Shown here piece after piece: positions 19,158 through 27,781 of a stretch of DNA of 64,000 bases. Position 1 is the stretch's first letter; each line of letters begins with the position of its first letter. The DNA comes from a virus. The translations under genes and the position numbers were made by a program. The DNA lies in the IMG/VR virus record IMGVR_UViG_3300044984_001421, positions 21,368 through 85,367 of that record, one strand, 5' to 3'. The notes beneath the pieces are model-generated. The model was not told the origin of the DNA, made no database searches, and saw only the letters and a list, made by a program, of their open reading frames with translations.

Positions 19158-19760
19158 CTATTTGTTCTTCGAACCGGACCCGTTGTTCGCCGTGTTGACT
19201 GCGGCGTGACCATTTGCGTAAGCATGGTGCAGAGCAAGCTGCAGGCTGCGCTTGCTTACGTCATGGAAGTCTTTACGATCAGAGCCGCCCTCTTTCAGTG
19301 TGTCGAAATTGGCGAAATGCTTGGCAGCATCCTTCACCGAGTTGTCACGGTGAACACGCAGCGCGGGATTATTGCCACCAGCGCCCGCGTTGTAGGCATG
19401 TTCGAGAGCGCGCTTCGTGCTTACCTTTCCGGTGTCAACGAAGTCATCGTCGTCATGCCCGACTTCTTTGAAACCATTAACGCCAAGGTGCTTCTTTCCG
19501 GCTTCCTTGGCGGCAGACTCCATCGCATCTGATTTGCCGGCAGCATGGACAGCATTCATCACATCCGCGTGATGTTTGGCAAACCTCTCGTCATCAAGGA
19601 TGACGTGGTGCTTTCCGCCGTTCTTTACCTGAAAGCCGCCATGCTTGAACGGAGACGTTGTGAACGCAGCCTGCCGTGAATCATCATGCGCCTGCACCAC
19701 AGCGCCATCCTTGCGCGTGTAAGCGTCAATATGCGATTTCAATAGGTCGAACTGGTTCAT
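19158..19760 (-). CDS. Tagged putative internal protein with two DUF6900-like repeats
   Basis: MNQFDLLKSHIDAYTRKDG; two copies of KH......D..DF.D......AL.HAY..G. Confidence 0.7.
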   Translation of the reverse strand: MNQFDLLKSHIDAYTRKDGAVVQAHDDSRQAAFTTSPFKHGGFQVKNGGKHHVILDDERFAKHHADVMNAVHAAGKSDAMESAAKEAGKKHLGVNGFKEVGHDDDDFVDTGKVSTKRALEHAYNAGAGGNNPALRVHRDNSVKDAAKHFANFDTLKEGGSDRKDFHDVSKRSLQLALHHAYANGHAAVNTANNGSGSKNK

Positions 19761-19783
19761 TTTCGGTTCCTTTAAGTTACCGC

Positions 19784-19799
19784 ATCGTGCCGTCACGAC
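19784..19799 (-). promoter_or_regulatory. Putative late promoter
   Basis: GTCGTGACG-GCACGAT. Confidence 0.7.
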
Positions 19800-19815
19800 A
19801 GCCGGCCTTGATAGA

Positions 19816-19893
19816 TGGAGCCGAAGACAGGAATCGAACCTGTGACCTGCCGATTACAAATCGGCTGCTCTCCCAGCATAAAGCTACTTCGGC
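19816..19893 (-). tRNA. tRNA-Thr(UGU) with encoded CCA
   Basis: Acceptor stem GCCGAAG/CTTCGGC, anticodon arm GCCGA-TTTGTAA-TCGGC, T arm ACAGG-TTCGATT-CCTGT, 3' TCCA. Confidence 0.92.
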
Positions 19894-19896
19894 ACA

Positions 19897-20049
19897 TACG
19901 GGATGCGACAGGACGCGGCACGCTGGATTTAGACACCTTCCGACTCGGCACCAGCACACCCGGAGCTACCCGGTCTTGTCTATTCCGCCCCTTCTAGCTT
20001 TTCAGGGGGCCGTAGAGGTCGGCTATCGCCGGCCTGTCGCATTTCGTAT
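19897..20049. ncRNA. Candidate structured RNA of about 150 nt closed by a stem of about 17 bp
   Basis: ATACGGGATGCGACAGG ... CCTGTCGCATTTCGTAT terminal inverted repeat; no credible ORF. Confidence 0.4.
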
Positions 20050-20050
20050 T

Positions 20051-20152
20051 GGCTGTTGGTGACCGGTGCTGATCTCCGGCTTCGCCCAATGGATTGTCAC
20101 CAGATGGGCAGACCATAGCTGCGCATCAGCCTGCGCATCCACCAACACGGCT
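20051..20152 (-). ncRNA. Cloverleaf-like ncRNA with complementary (kissing) loops
   Basis: Closing stem TGTTGGTGG/TCACCAACA; hairpins TGCGC-AGGCTGAT-GCGCA and GCCGG-AGATCAGCA-CCGGT; loops GCUGAU/AUCAGC. Confidence 0.6.
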
Positions 20153-20209
20153 GCGCTCTCGTACCGGCCCGGTCGATTTACCTCCGCGAGTCGCAGAGGA
20201 CAAGAGCGC
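20152..20209 (-). ncRNA. Candidate three-way-junction RNA
   Basis: Stem TGCGCTCTTGT/ACGAGAGCGCA enclosing CCTCTGCG-ACT-CGCGGAGG; G-U pairs favour the minus strand. Confidence 0.4.
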
Positions 20210-20398
20210 ATGCGTGTTTGTGCCGTCTCTCCGGCTGCCACGCTGCTGTCCGCGTTCAGATGATTCGGTAACGTCGAGTCAACAACCCCGTACCTGGACA
20301 TTTCTGAAGCGCGACGCCAAGTCTCGTCTTATCGCTCCAACCGGTCTGGTTTCCGGCCCGCACCGATAAATCGGCCGCGTGTGTTCGTGGCTTCTATA

Positions 20399-20632
20399 TC
20401 AACTCTGAATCCGTTCCTTGGCAAGTCCTATCACATGCGCCACCTTGCCGCGCTCCATGGTCAGCTTCCGGTATTCGTCGGCAGCAGACTCGTCCCCGGA
20501 AACAGCCGGCCGGAGTTCGTCCAAGCGCGAGGCAATCTCTCCGTCCCGTTCAACCGCACGGTCGTGGATACGCTGCTCTGCCGCGTTGGTACGGGCAGAC
20601 AGCGCAGCCAGGTCGGAGAACAGGCGCTTCAT
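20399..20632 (-). CDS. Hypothetical helical protein
   Basis: TAATG coupling to the upstream tagged gene. Confidence 0.6.
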   Translation of the reverse strand: MKRLFSDLAALSARTNAAEQRIHDRAVERDGEIASRLDELRPAVSGDESAADEYRKLTMERGKVAHVIGLAKERIQS

Positions 20633-21516
20633 TAGATCCGGTGCAGCTTGGTCGGGTGGAAGTCTTTGCCGCTGTAGGTCTTCACCGATGAACCGACGTG
20701 TTCCATCACTTCGTGTTCCTTTCCGAAGTTGTCCTTCACCTTGTCGCCGCGACGGAAATAAGCGCCGTACTTCTGGTGCTCTTCGTGACCAACATCGCCA
20801 GGCTTCGGAACGCGCTGGTCGTCGTGCGCCTGAACTACCGCGCCGTCCTTCCGAGTGTAGGCTTCGATGTGCGACTTCAGGACTTCATGGTCTTCGTCGT
20901 CTTCGTCGCGGTCTTCATCTTCGTCGTCTTCGTCATGCGGAGACAGATCGGACTCATGGTACGAAGCCTTGCTGCCGTCGCTGTGCTTGACGATGTGGAA
21001 GTGACCGCTCGGCGCGGTTTCTTGGATCACGCCGGTTTTACCTTGACCGTTGACCTTGCCGGTCACCTTCACCGAGTCGCCTTCTTTGTGCGTTACCGTC
21101 TTTTCTTCGGCGGCAGCGGAATCATCAATGGGCGCATGGTAGCGGGCATAGCCGTAGCCTTCGGTATTCACAAGATGACGCCCACCATCCTTGTGCTTCA
21201 AGACAAAGTGCTGCGGAGCATTCTCGGCGAAGTCCTTATCGAAATCTGACCCGGCCGGGCTTGTTTTCCCGGCGTTCCCGTAGACCTGTTGATGCGAGAA
21301 TTCAGGAGCGCCATCCGGGATGTCGCCGGCTGGGATTTTCTTCGTGTCGCGCGACCACTCGGTGTCCTTCGACATGAACTTGTCGTCGTGTTTTTCAGCG
21401 ACAGCACGGAGGTCGACCTTCTTGGTGCGCTTGTCATCATGCGCGTTCACAACGGCACCATCCTTGCGCGTGTAGGCGTCGATGTGGCTTTTCAACAGAT
21501 CAAACTGGTCGGTCAT
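20632..21516 (-). CDS. Tagged putative internal polyprotein (two tags; KOW/SH3-like modules)
   Basis: LLKSHIDAYTRKDG at the N-terminus and VLKSHIEAYTRKDG internally after an acidic linker; GDSVKVTG...GKTGVI is KOW-like. Confidence 0.72.
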   Translation of the reverse strand: MTDQFDLLKSHIDAYTRKDGAVVNAHDDKRTKKVDLRAVAEKHDDKFMSKDTEWSRDTKKIPAGDIPDGAPEFSHQQVYGNAGKTSPAGSDFDKDFAENAPQHFVLKHKDGGRHLVNTEGYGYARYHAPIDDSAAAEEKTVTHKEGDSVKVTGKVNGQGKTGVIQETAPSGHFHIVKHSDGSKASYHESDLSPHDEDDEDEDRDEDDEDHEVLKSHIEAYTRKDGAVVQAHDDQRVPKPGDVGHEEHQKYGAYFRRGDKVKDNFGKEHEVMEHVGSSVKTYSGKDFHPTKLHRI

Positions 21517-21814
21517 CTTTGCTCTCCTTAACGTCCGGACATTCTGCCGTCACGACACGCCGCCCGAACGCCTCTCCTTCCGGGCCTCTCGGCGCAGCAG
21601 GAGAAATGGCGATGCGCGACAGCACCGCGCGGAAGTCGACGCCTTTGTCGGCCATCTCCCCCATCAGCGCAGCCGATACAGCAAGCCACTTCGAGACGTG
21701 CCCGCTGGTCCCGTAGTTGGCGACAGCAGCAGGGTGCATTTTCACAAGCTCGGCGAACTCCTTGATGGAGAGGCCGGCTTTGCCAAGGTGGCGTTTGAAT
21801 TCGTCATAGGTCAT
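21500..21814 (-). CDS. XRE-like helix-turn-helix transcriptional regulator
   Basis: KAGLSIKEFAELVKMHPAAVANY HTH pattern; divergent from the island promoter. Confidence 0.7.
   Translation of the reverse strand: MTYDEFKRHLGKAGLSIKEFAELVKMHPAAVANYGTSGHVSKWLAVSAALMGEMADKGVDFRAVLSRIAISPAAPRGPEGEAFGRRVVTAECPDVKESKDDRPV
21541..21556 (-). promoter_or_regulatory. Putative late promoter within the 3' end of the HTH gene
   Basis: GTCGTGACG-GCAGAAT, then AAGGAG RBS of the tagged gene. Confidence 0.7.
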
Positions 21815-21891
21815 GGGTAAAGCATATCACGCCGCGCGGGCGAAGCAACTCAAATAAAAAACAGAACAATTTAATTATCTAACATTTCTGT

Positions 21892-21919
21892 TTGCTTTAT
21901 AACAAAACTGTTATAGAGT
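21892..21919 (+). promoter_or_regulatory. Sigma70-type promoter with a palindromic operator in the spacer
   Basis: TTGCTT-16 nt-TAGAGT; palindrome TATAACA-AAAC-TGTTATA at 21898-21915. Confidence 0.7.
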
Positions 21920-21950
21920 GAGGTCGTCCCCAAACAAACAGGAGCACGAA

Positions 21951-22145
21951 ATGAACGGCACCGAACAGACCACCTTGGAATTCGGAACCAAGTACCTCGT
22001 AACCCATTCCGGTGGCACCGAACGCCTGACGCTGGTGCGCGGATGGAATGACCGGCTCCGGTTTGTTGACGAAGACGGCAGCGGGATCTGGATCAACCGC
22101 AACACCATCGCATGCATGGCGCAACTTGAAGGAGAGACGGCATGA
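21951..22145 (+). CDS. Hypothetical early protein
   Basis: AGGAG RBS; first gene after the promoter. Confidence 0.6.
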   Translation: MNGTEQTTLEFGTKYLVTHSGGTERLTLVRGWNDRLRFVDEDGSGIWINRNTIACMAQLEGETA

Positions 22146-22321
22146 GCAAAGAAACGGAAGCGCTAAAGAAGATCGCCGCACACAACATATTGAAGCGTGC
22201 AGCCCCCGATCTTCTTGCGGCACTCGAACAGATCATGGCTGAAGTTGCCGGATGCCAGAAAGAACCGAAGTACGAGGCGGCAAGAGCCGCAATTGCAAAA
22301 GCGAAAGGAAACAAATCATGA
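22142..22321 (+). CDS. Small phage protein of the AAPDLLAAL...ARAAIAKA type (59 aa, absent from the ORF track)
   Basis: Hand translation MSKETEALKKIAAHNILKRAAPDLLAALEQ...; ATGA overlaps on both sides. Confidence 0.65.
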   Translation: MSKETEALKKIAAHNILKRAAPDLLAALEQIMAEVAGCQKEPKYEAARAAIAKAKGNKS

Positions 22322-22602
22322 GCGTCAAGCAAACAATTTCAGCGGCAGCAGAAGCGATCCCCGCCGAGTTCATGAAGCAGATCGGTGCTTCTAACGCGCA
22401 GGTTGTCAGCGACAGAAGCATTCGCTTCGACATCAAGCAAACATCGGCCGGCGTCAACCGCATCAAGATCACGCTGCAGCCTGACGGCGAGTGGCGGCTC
22501 AGGACATACAAGGTCGAGGAACTGGAAGACGTGCCGGGCATCTTGCCGGCCAGCCTGACCGGTGCGATTGCACAGATTGCAGGGATTGGAGAAGAAGCAT
22601 GA
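22318..22602 (+). CDS. Hypothetical early protein
   Basis: AAGGA RBS; ATGA overlap. Confidence 0.6.
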   Translation: MSVKQTISAAAEAIPAEFMKQIGASNAQVVSDRSIRFDIKQTSAGVNRIKITLQPDGEWRLRTYKVEELEDVPGILPASLTGAIAQIAGIGEEA

Positions 22603-22826
22603 CCGCAGCACTCATCACAGAACAAATCGTGGACCCAGGCAAGAACATGATGGAGTTCATCGTGGACGCTTCCAGCATCGGACTGAAGCCGGGTGAGTGG
22701 CCTGACACACTCGCAACGAACATGGGAAACACGCTCCCGTTCGCCAAGATCAGCGCCGACGCAGAAGGAACGCATGTGTACCGGCAGATTGCCGGCGGGA
22801 TCACGCTGACCGTCCTCAACGACTAA
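22599..22826 (+). CDS. Hypothetical early protein
   Basis: GGAG RBS; DASSIGLKPGEWP...LTVLND. Confidence 0.6.
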   Translation: MTAALITEQIVDPGKNMMEFIVDASSIGLKPGEWPDTLATNMGNTLPFAKISADAEGTHVYRQIAGGITLTVLND

Positions 22827-22858
22827 AACATAATTGTTTTATTTCTTAACTTTTCTGT

Positions 22859-22886
22859 TTGCTTTCTAACAGTTTTGTTATAAAGT
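22859..22886 (+). promoter_or_regulatory. Second copy of the promoter/operator cassette
   Basis: TTGCTT-16 nt-TAAAGT with TAACA-GTTT-TGTTA; downstream leader resembles the first copy. Confidence 0.7.
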
Positions 22887-22917
22887 GAAGTTGTTCCAAA
22901 CAGACCGGAGAAACAGC

Positions 22918-23115
22918 ATGAGCGAAATCACCATCAGCGGCGCGATCAAGTTCCAGCCCGACGCTGGGAACAAAGACGGCGGGGAATACAAGTTCCAACT
23001 GAACGAGCACCAGACATGGGGAATCCCGGTGAGAACCATCACCCCGGAAGACCTCCGCGCGATGGCTGACCACCTCGAAGCGCAGCGCAAAAACCAAGGA
23101 GCGAGTAATGCCTGA
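22918..23115 (+). CDS. Hypothetical early protein
   Basis: GGAG RBS after the promoter. Confidence 0.6.
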   Translation: MSEITISGAIKFQPDAGNKDGGEYKFQLNEHQTWGIPVRTITPEDLRAMADHLEAQRKNQGASNA

Positions 23116-23362
23116 CATGACCATCACCATCAAGATCCATGTGTCCCCAGACGATGCCGCATACGCCGAATGCAAGACCATCTATGAGATGTGCGCAGCA
23201 GAACTTGCTGCATGGATAGGTAACGATTTGGATGACATGGTGTCCGGATACACGCCGGCCAGCATAACGGTCACTCCAGGTCACGATGAAGACACCAGCG
23301 CGGCGGAAGAAGCCGCATACCTTGACGAGTTGAATCGCGGATACGCGCAAGACCGAATTTGA
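23108..23362 (+). CDS. Acidic hypothetical protein
   Basis: AAGGAG RBS; acidic; ends YLDELNRGYAQDRI. Confidence 0.6.
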   Translation: MPDMTITIKIHVSPDDAAYAECKTIYEMCAAELAAWIGNDLDDMVSGYTPASITVTPGHDEDTSAAEEAAYLDELNRGYAQDRI

Positions 23363-23433
23363 CATGCCACCACGCTGGGTGAGTTTTCACTAGGCAAATA
23401 CGCCGCACACCACGGCATCTGAAAGGAGATCCA

Positions 23434-23919
23434 ATGTCCACAGTAATAAGGCTCGACAGAAACGCGATAGACGCACTGTTCCCGGATGGAAGCGAAGCCA
23501 GAGTTGAACTCCAGCGCGCGGTACTTTCAACAGTGATAAAGCAGTCGATGCACGTTAAAAGCCCGGCTCAGATCGAGGCCATGATCGAGAAAGAACTCAC
23601 GGTGATCCATGCCGACACCAGGAAACTGGTCGCTGAATCATCGGCCAGCGTTGCGAAAGAATGGTTTCAATCTTCATGGGGAAATCATTTCCTCACGTCA
23701 GACCGGAAACAGTGCATACGCAAGGCTGTCGAGGATTCGATGGCCGAGCATGTATCCGAATCCATCAAATCTGCGGTTTCCGCGTCTCGGGAATCGGTGG
23801 TGTTCCGAGCAAGCAAAATCGCTGAACGTGACATACAGCGAATCGTTGACGAAACAGTCGATAAGTCCATTGAAGAAGCGGTCAAGAAGCGCTTCATCGA
23901 ACTCGCAGCAAAAGCCTGA
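23434..23919 (+). CDS. Hypothetical helical protein
   Basis: AAGGAG RBS. Confidence 0.65.
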   Translation: MSTVIRLDRNAIDALFPDGSEARVELQRAVLSTVIKQSMHVKSPAQIEAMIEKELTVIHADTRKLVAESSASVAKEWFQSSWGNHFLTSDRKQCIRKAVEDSMAEHVSESIKSAVSASRESVVFRASKIAERDIQRIVDETVDKSIEEAVKKRFIELAAKA

Positions 23920-23952
23920 CCAACATCACCACCAACCAGACAAGGAATCAAC

Positions 23953-24438
23953 ATGGCACACGGTGATATCAGAAAAGCCCTTGGCCTTGATTTAAATGAA
24001 AACCTTGGCAAGCACCGAACATATCGAATTTGGAAAGCGATGAAATCGAGGTGCTCATGGGATGGACACGAAGCAACCGACAGATACAGAGGTAAAGGCG
24101 TCAAGGTCTGCGCGCGCTGGATGGACTTTTTGTCCTTCCTCGAAGACATGGGACACCCCCCAACAGCAACCCATTCAATCGACAGAAAGGACACCAACGG
24201 CGACTACGAACCAGACAACTGCAGATGGGCAACAAAACTCGAACAAAGCAGAAACCGAGTCATGTGCATTTACTTGGACACCCCAATTGGCAGGGTCACC
24301 ATGACGGAAGCTGCAGCCTACTACGGAATTGATTACCACACGGTGTGGAAGCGCCATTTAAGAGGATGGCCGCTTGCAAAACTATTCTCACCAATCACAA
24401 AACCAGGCCCAAACAGAAGGAATCAAAATCATGCATGA
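23953..24438 (+). CDS. HNH-type homing endonuclease
   Basis: WKAMKSRC...YRGKGVKVCARW..F..FLEDMG...SIDRKDTNGDYEPDNCRWAT. Confidence 0.88.
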   Translation: MAHGDIRKALGLDLNENLGKHRTYRIWKAMKSRCSWDGHEATDRYRGKGVKVCARWMDFLSFLEDMGHPPTATHSIDRKDTNGDYEPDNCRWATKLEQSRNRVMCIYLDTPIGRVTMTEAAAYYGIDYHTVWKRHLRGWPLAKLFSPITKPGPNRRNQNHA

Positions 24439-25414
24439 ACTCGACACTACAACAGGCACCGCAGCGATGGCATACGCGGCCGGCAGCGCAACACCATGGC
24501 ATGGCCTGGGCCAGACCATAGACCCGAACGCGAAGCCGAAAGACTGGCAGCGCGCGGCCGGCATCGAATGGGAAGCCAAGCGCACCCCGGTCGTCTTCAA
24601 CAACATAAAGGATGAATACCAGGAGTGGAATGCCAAGCATGTGCTTTACCGCAGCGACACCGGCATGCCTTTATCGGTGGTCAGCGATGACTACCAGATC
24701 GTCCAGCCGGCCCATGTGATGGGCTTCTTCGGCACACTCGCAGAGCAGGGCGGATTCCAGATCGAGACGGTCGGCGCAATCCGCGAAGGTCGCCGCATCT
24801 GGGCGCTCGCCAGGGTCGGAGAAAACGCCAAGATCATGGACGACGAAGTCGCACCATACCTGCTGCTCGCCACCAGCTACGACGCAAGCATGGCGACGGT
24901 GGCGAAGTTCACCACGGTGCGAGTGGTGTGCAACAACACGCTCCAGGCCAGCCTGAAGAACAACGCCGGCCGGAAGCAAGTGTCTATCCCGCACTCGGCG
25001 ATGTTCAAGCCAGAACAGGTGCGCGCGGAACTTGGCATCGCGCTCAACTCTTGGGAGGAATTCAAGCTCAAGGCCGGCACGATGGCGAAGATGAAGATCA
25101 CCGACACCGAGATGGACGTCTACCTGCAAGAACTTCTGGAAGACTTCATCCCATACGGAACGACATACAACCCGGATAAGGTGCGCGCCAGCAAGGGATA
25201 CCAGCGCATCACGCAACTGTTCCACGGTGGGCAGCTTGGAACCGGCCAGGACGCGATCAACGGCACAGTCTGGGGTCTGGTGCAGGCAGTCGGACAGTAC
25301 GTCGACCATGAGAAGGGTCGGCTGCAGGACAACAGGCTCGACGCGGCATGGTTTGGCCCAGGCGCGAAGATCAAGGACGCTGCATGGACTTTGGCCGAAA
25401 AGGTAACGGCATGA
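24431..25414 (+). CDS. DUF932 / phage-plasmid TIGR03299-like protein
   Basis: TPWHGLG, LYRSDTG.PLSVVS..YQIVQP, GRRIWALA, YLLLATSYD, RVVCNNT, GTVWGL motifs. Confidence 0.88.
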   Translation: MHELDTTTGTAAMAYAAGSATPWHGLGQTIDPNAKPKDWQRAAGIEWEAKRTPVVFNNIKDEYQEWNAKHVLYRSDTGMPLSVVSDDYQIVQPAHVMGFFGTLAEQGGFQIETVGAIREGRRIWALARVGENAKIMDDEVAPYLLLATSYDASMATVAKFTTVRVVCNNTLQASLKNNAGRKQVSIPHSAMFKPEQVRAELGIALNSWEEFKLKAGTMAKMKITDTEMDVYLQELLEDFIPYGTTYNPDKVRASKGYQRITQLFHGGQLGTGQDAINGTVWGLVQAVGQYVDHEKGRLQDNRLDAAWFGPGAKIKDAAWTLAEKVTA

Positions 25415-26325
25415 AAGACACAGCAACCGTAGTCGACACGCTGGTCGGTACGTCGGCCATCAACGCGATGGTCACGAAGTCGAACCGGGACAAGATGCCT
25501 TCGGAAAAACTCGGTCGAGTATTGGCCGCGCTTGGGGTCAACCCGATAGGCAAAGACCCGCGCGGGTTCATGCTGTGGTCTAGCATCGCTGTGCAAGCGG
25601 TCATCCCAGGAATCAGAAAGGTCATCGAGGACGAGAAGTCTGTGATTGACAAGCTGTCCGAGCCGCAGAAAGAAGAACCAAAGCCGGCCGCATTGCCAGA
25701 ATACGCGAACCTTATCGCCGACATGGACCACCGGGTCAGCCTGATCATCGGCGACATAATGGAGGATACGGTCGAGAAGGTCGCGCAGATGCACGCTGGG
25801 AATCAAACCATCTTCAAGACGCTGATCGAGCACGACAAGAAGCGGAAGGACGAACATGATGCGGTCATGCAGAACCTGCTCGATGTGACATCTGGACTTG
25901 CGGCCATCGTTGCGAAACTGAATGAGCCGGTAGTCGATAAAAAACCCGCGCAGGCGCAGATTGCCGATCCAACTTCCAAAGAGATACCGCGAGTTGTTGA
26001 AATTCTTGAGTCGGCAATCCAAGGGAAAAAACACCGTCCGCACATCGGCATCATCGGCATCACATCGCCGGCATCGTCGCAGATTGAAAAAGAGTTCTGC
26101 GATAGTTTCAAGATATCGATGCTCGGCCCGAACGAGCCGCACAAGATCGTCAATATGCGCAACTGCGACCGCGTCTTTACGCTGCGCGGCAAGGTCATGT
26201 CGCGCCACATGAACGAACTCAAGAATATCGGACAGAAGCCGTACAGTATCGGAGACAGCGTGAGCAAGATCCGCGACGCGCTGACGGCTTACTTCATCGA
26301 AGTGTCTGAGAAGGAGGCAGCATGA
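25411..26325 (+). CDS. Hypothetical protein with a C-terminal alpha/beta domain
   Basis: Coupled ORF of about 300 aa. Confidence 0.6.
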   Translation: MKDTATVVDTLVGTSAINAMVTKSNRDKMPSEKLGRVLAALGVNPIGKDPRGFMLWSSIAVQAVIPGIRKVIEDEKSVIDKLSEPQKEEPKPAALPEYANLIADMDHRVSLIIGDIMEDTVEKVAQMHAGNQTIFKTLIEHDKKRKDEHDAVMQNLLDVTSGLAAIVAKLNEPVVDKKPAQAQIADPTSKEIPRVVEILESAIQGKKHRPHIGIIGITSPASSQIEKEFCDSFKISMLGPNEPHKIVNMRNCDRVFTLRGKVMSRHMNELKNIGQKPYSIGDSVSKIRDALTAYFIEVSEKEAA

Positions 26326-26558
26326 TGCTTCCGCAATCATCGGAACGCATCAGAAAGCTCAAGTCAGAAGGTGCTGCCAAACGTAAGCGCCTTATGTCTC
26401 TGGTGCCTGATGAATTCACCATAGCGCAGTTGGTGATGGCCTCTGGGATGAGCGCATCAGAAGCCAGATCACAGATCCAGAAAATGATGCGATGGAATGA
26501 AGTGAAGCAGACAAGCGAATACAAAACTCCACGCACATACAGAAAGGATGCAGCATGA
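26322..26558 (+). CDS. Small winged-helix-like protein
   Basis: FTIAQLVMASGMSASEARSQIQKM; AGGAGG RBS. Confidence 0.55.
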   Translation: MMLPQSSERIRKLKSEGAAKRKRLMSLVPDEFTIAQLVMASGMSASEARSQIQKMMRWNEVKQTSEYKTPRTYRKDAA

Positions 26559-26839
26559 GCCGCCCTACACATCGAGGAAACACACTGTCCCCGGAAATGA
26601 ATGCATCAGAACTGACCTATCTTGCGATGAGAGCAGGCCCGATTGATGCGTCTGCGCTCCGCATAAGAGCCGGAGGAATCAGCCACGCAAACAAGATGGT
26701 TCGCATCGGGCATGCGACGGTCAGTACAGACGGACAGAATCCGGTCTACCGCATCACGAATGAAGGACGTGCAGCGTGCCCAAGCCGCCGCACAATCGAG
26801 AAGGAAATCGTTGAGATTTATCCGGGAGTGATGGCATGA
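26555..26839 (+). CDS. Small hypothetical protein (winged-helix-like, YRITNEGR)
   Basis: ATGA-coupled ORF. Confidence 0.55.
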   Translation: MSRPTHRGNTLSPEMNASELTYLAMRAGPIDASALRIRAGGISHANKMVRIGHATVSTDGQNPVYRITNEGRAACPSRRTIEKEIVEIYPGVMA

Positions 26840-27099
26840 ACGAAACTGAACTCGAATCTCCGCGAGATGAAATGGGCCGGCTGCTCAGTCACGGTGAGCA
26901 TTACTGGCTGGACTTGCCGATTCACCCCAATGCTGCTGCGGCTCTCGGAGAAGAACGGATGATCGTGATCTTCAACCAGACGATGGTGGCGCTCCACAAC
27001 AACGTCGCCAACCGGCTGATATTTGCCTGGTCCGGTTCGATGCGTTACCCAGGCTGCCACGGTGATGTCGTGTTTAACGAAGCTGGGGATGCAGCATGA
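26836..27099 (+). CDS. Hypothetical protein
   Basis: ATGA-coupled ORF. Confidence 0.55.
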   Translation: MNETELESPRDEMGRLLSHGEHYWLDLPIHPNAAAALGEERMIVIFNQTMVALHNNVANRLIFAWSGSMRYPGCHGDVVFNEAGDAA

Positions 27100-27416
27100 A
27101 AACAGCATCGAAACAAACCTTGGAAGCGCGCATAGCAACGCTTGAGCGTCAGCTTCAAGAAGCCATAGCAGGGCAAGCGCACACCTACCACTTCGCTGAC
27201 GCCTATCTGGACAAGGCGAGCACTAAACACCTCATGGCTTCTGGTGTGATTCTGACCATGACGGTGCTCGGTGGGAGGGCAATCTGCGAACCAGTGTTGA
27301 TCCGGGATGGGCTGTCAGACGAAACGATAGCCGCACTGAAGGCTGACATGCGCCGAAGTTACGAACTGGCGACCATGTACAAACCTAAACCGCTGCCACA
27401 AAAGGAAGAAAAATGA
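27096..27416 (+). CDS. Hypothetical phage protein
   Basis: ATGA-coupled; LMASGVIL...IRDGLSDETIAALKAD. Confidence 0.6.
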   Translation: MKTASKQTLEARIATLERQLQEAIAGQAHTYHFADAYLDKASTKHLMASGVILTMTVLGGRAICEPVLIRDGLSDETIAALKADMRRSYELATMYKPKPLPQKEEK

Positions 27417-27781
27417 GCAACAAGCACTACGCGGAACGCGACGCCATGGAACAGGGGCAGTTCTACATCGACCACGTCATGGCAATGACAGCAGAGGAAC
27501 TGCACAGCAAGGCGGACATCGCCGCAGAGTTAGCGCACCGAGACATCATCATCAAGAACCTCGAAAACCGCCTCGCTGTCTGGGAAGCCGGCACTGCTGC
27601 GGACATCTCGCGGTCGATGATCAAGACGGCAGACAAACTCATGCAGGAGCGCGATGCCATCAAGTCCGCGCTCTCCGATCTGCTGTTTGTCATCAACCCG
27701 GACAAGGACGGGTCGTTTTTCATCTGCGAAGAAGGAGCGGTAATTATCGCTGCCGCGCGGATTACATTGGAGGAATCATGA
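27413..27781 (+). CDS. Conserved phage hypothetical protein (YAERD...HV.AMTAE.LHSK.DIAAELAHRD type)
   Basis: Recognisable phage motif; coupled ORF. Confidence 0.65.
   Translation: MSNKHYAERDAMEQGQFYIDHVMAMTAEELHSKADIAAELAHRDIIIKNLENRLAVWEAGTAADISRSMIKTADKLMQERDAIKSALSDLLFVINPDKDGSFFICEEGAVIIAAARITLEES

Noticed and set aside
19777-20369. Short ORFs overlapping the tRNA and neighbouring hairpins
   Set aside because: No RBS and atypical composition; better explained as RNA structure
21898-21915. Palindrome as a LexA box or a dif/attI recombination site
   Set aside because: It does not match CTGT-N8-ACAG or XerC/XerD arms; its fixed position between -35 and -10 fits a repressor operator better
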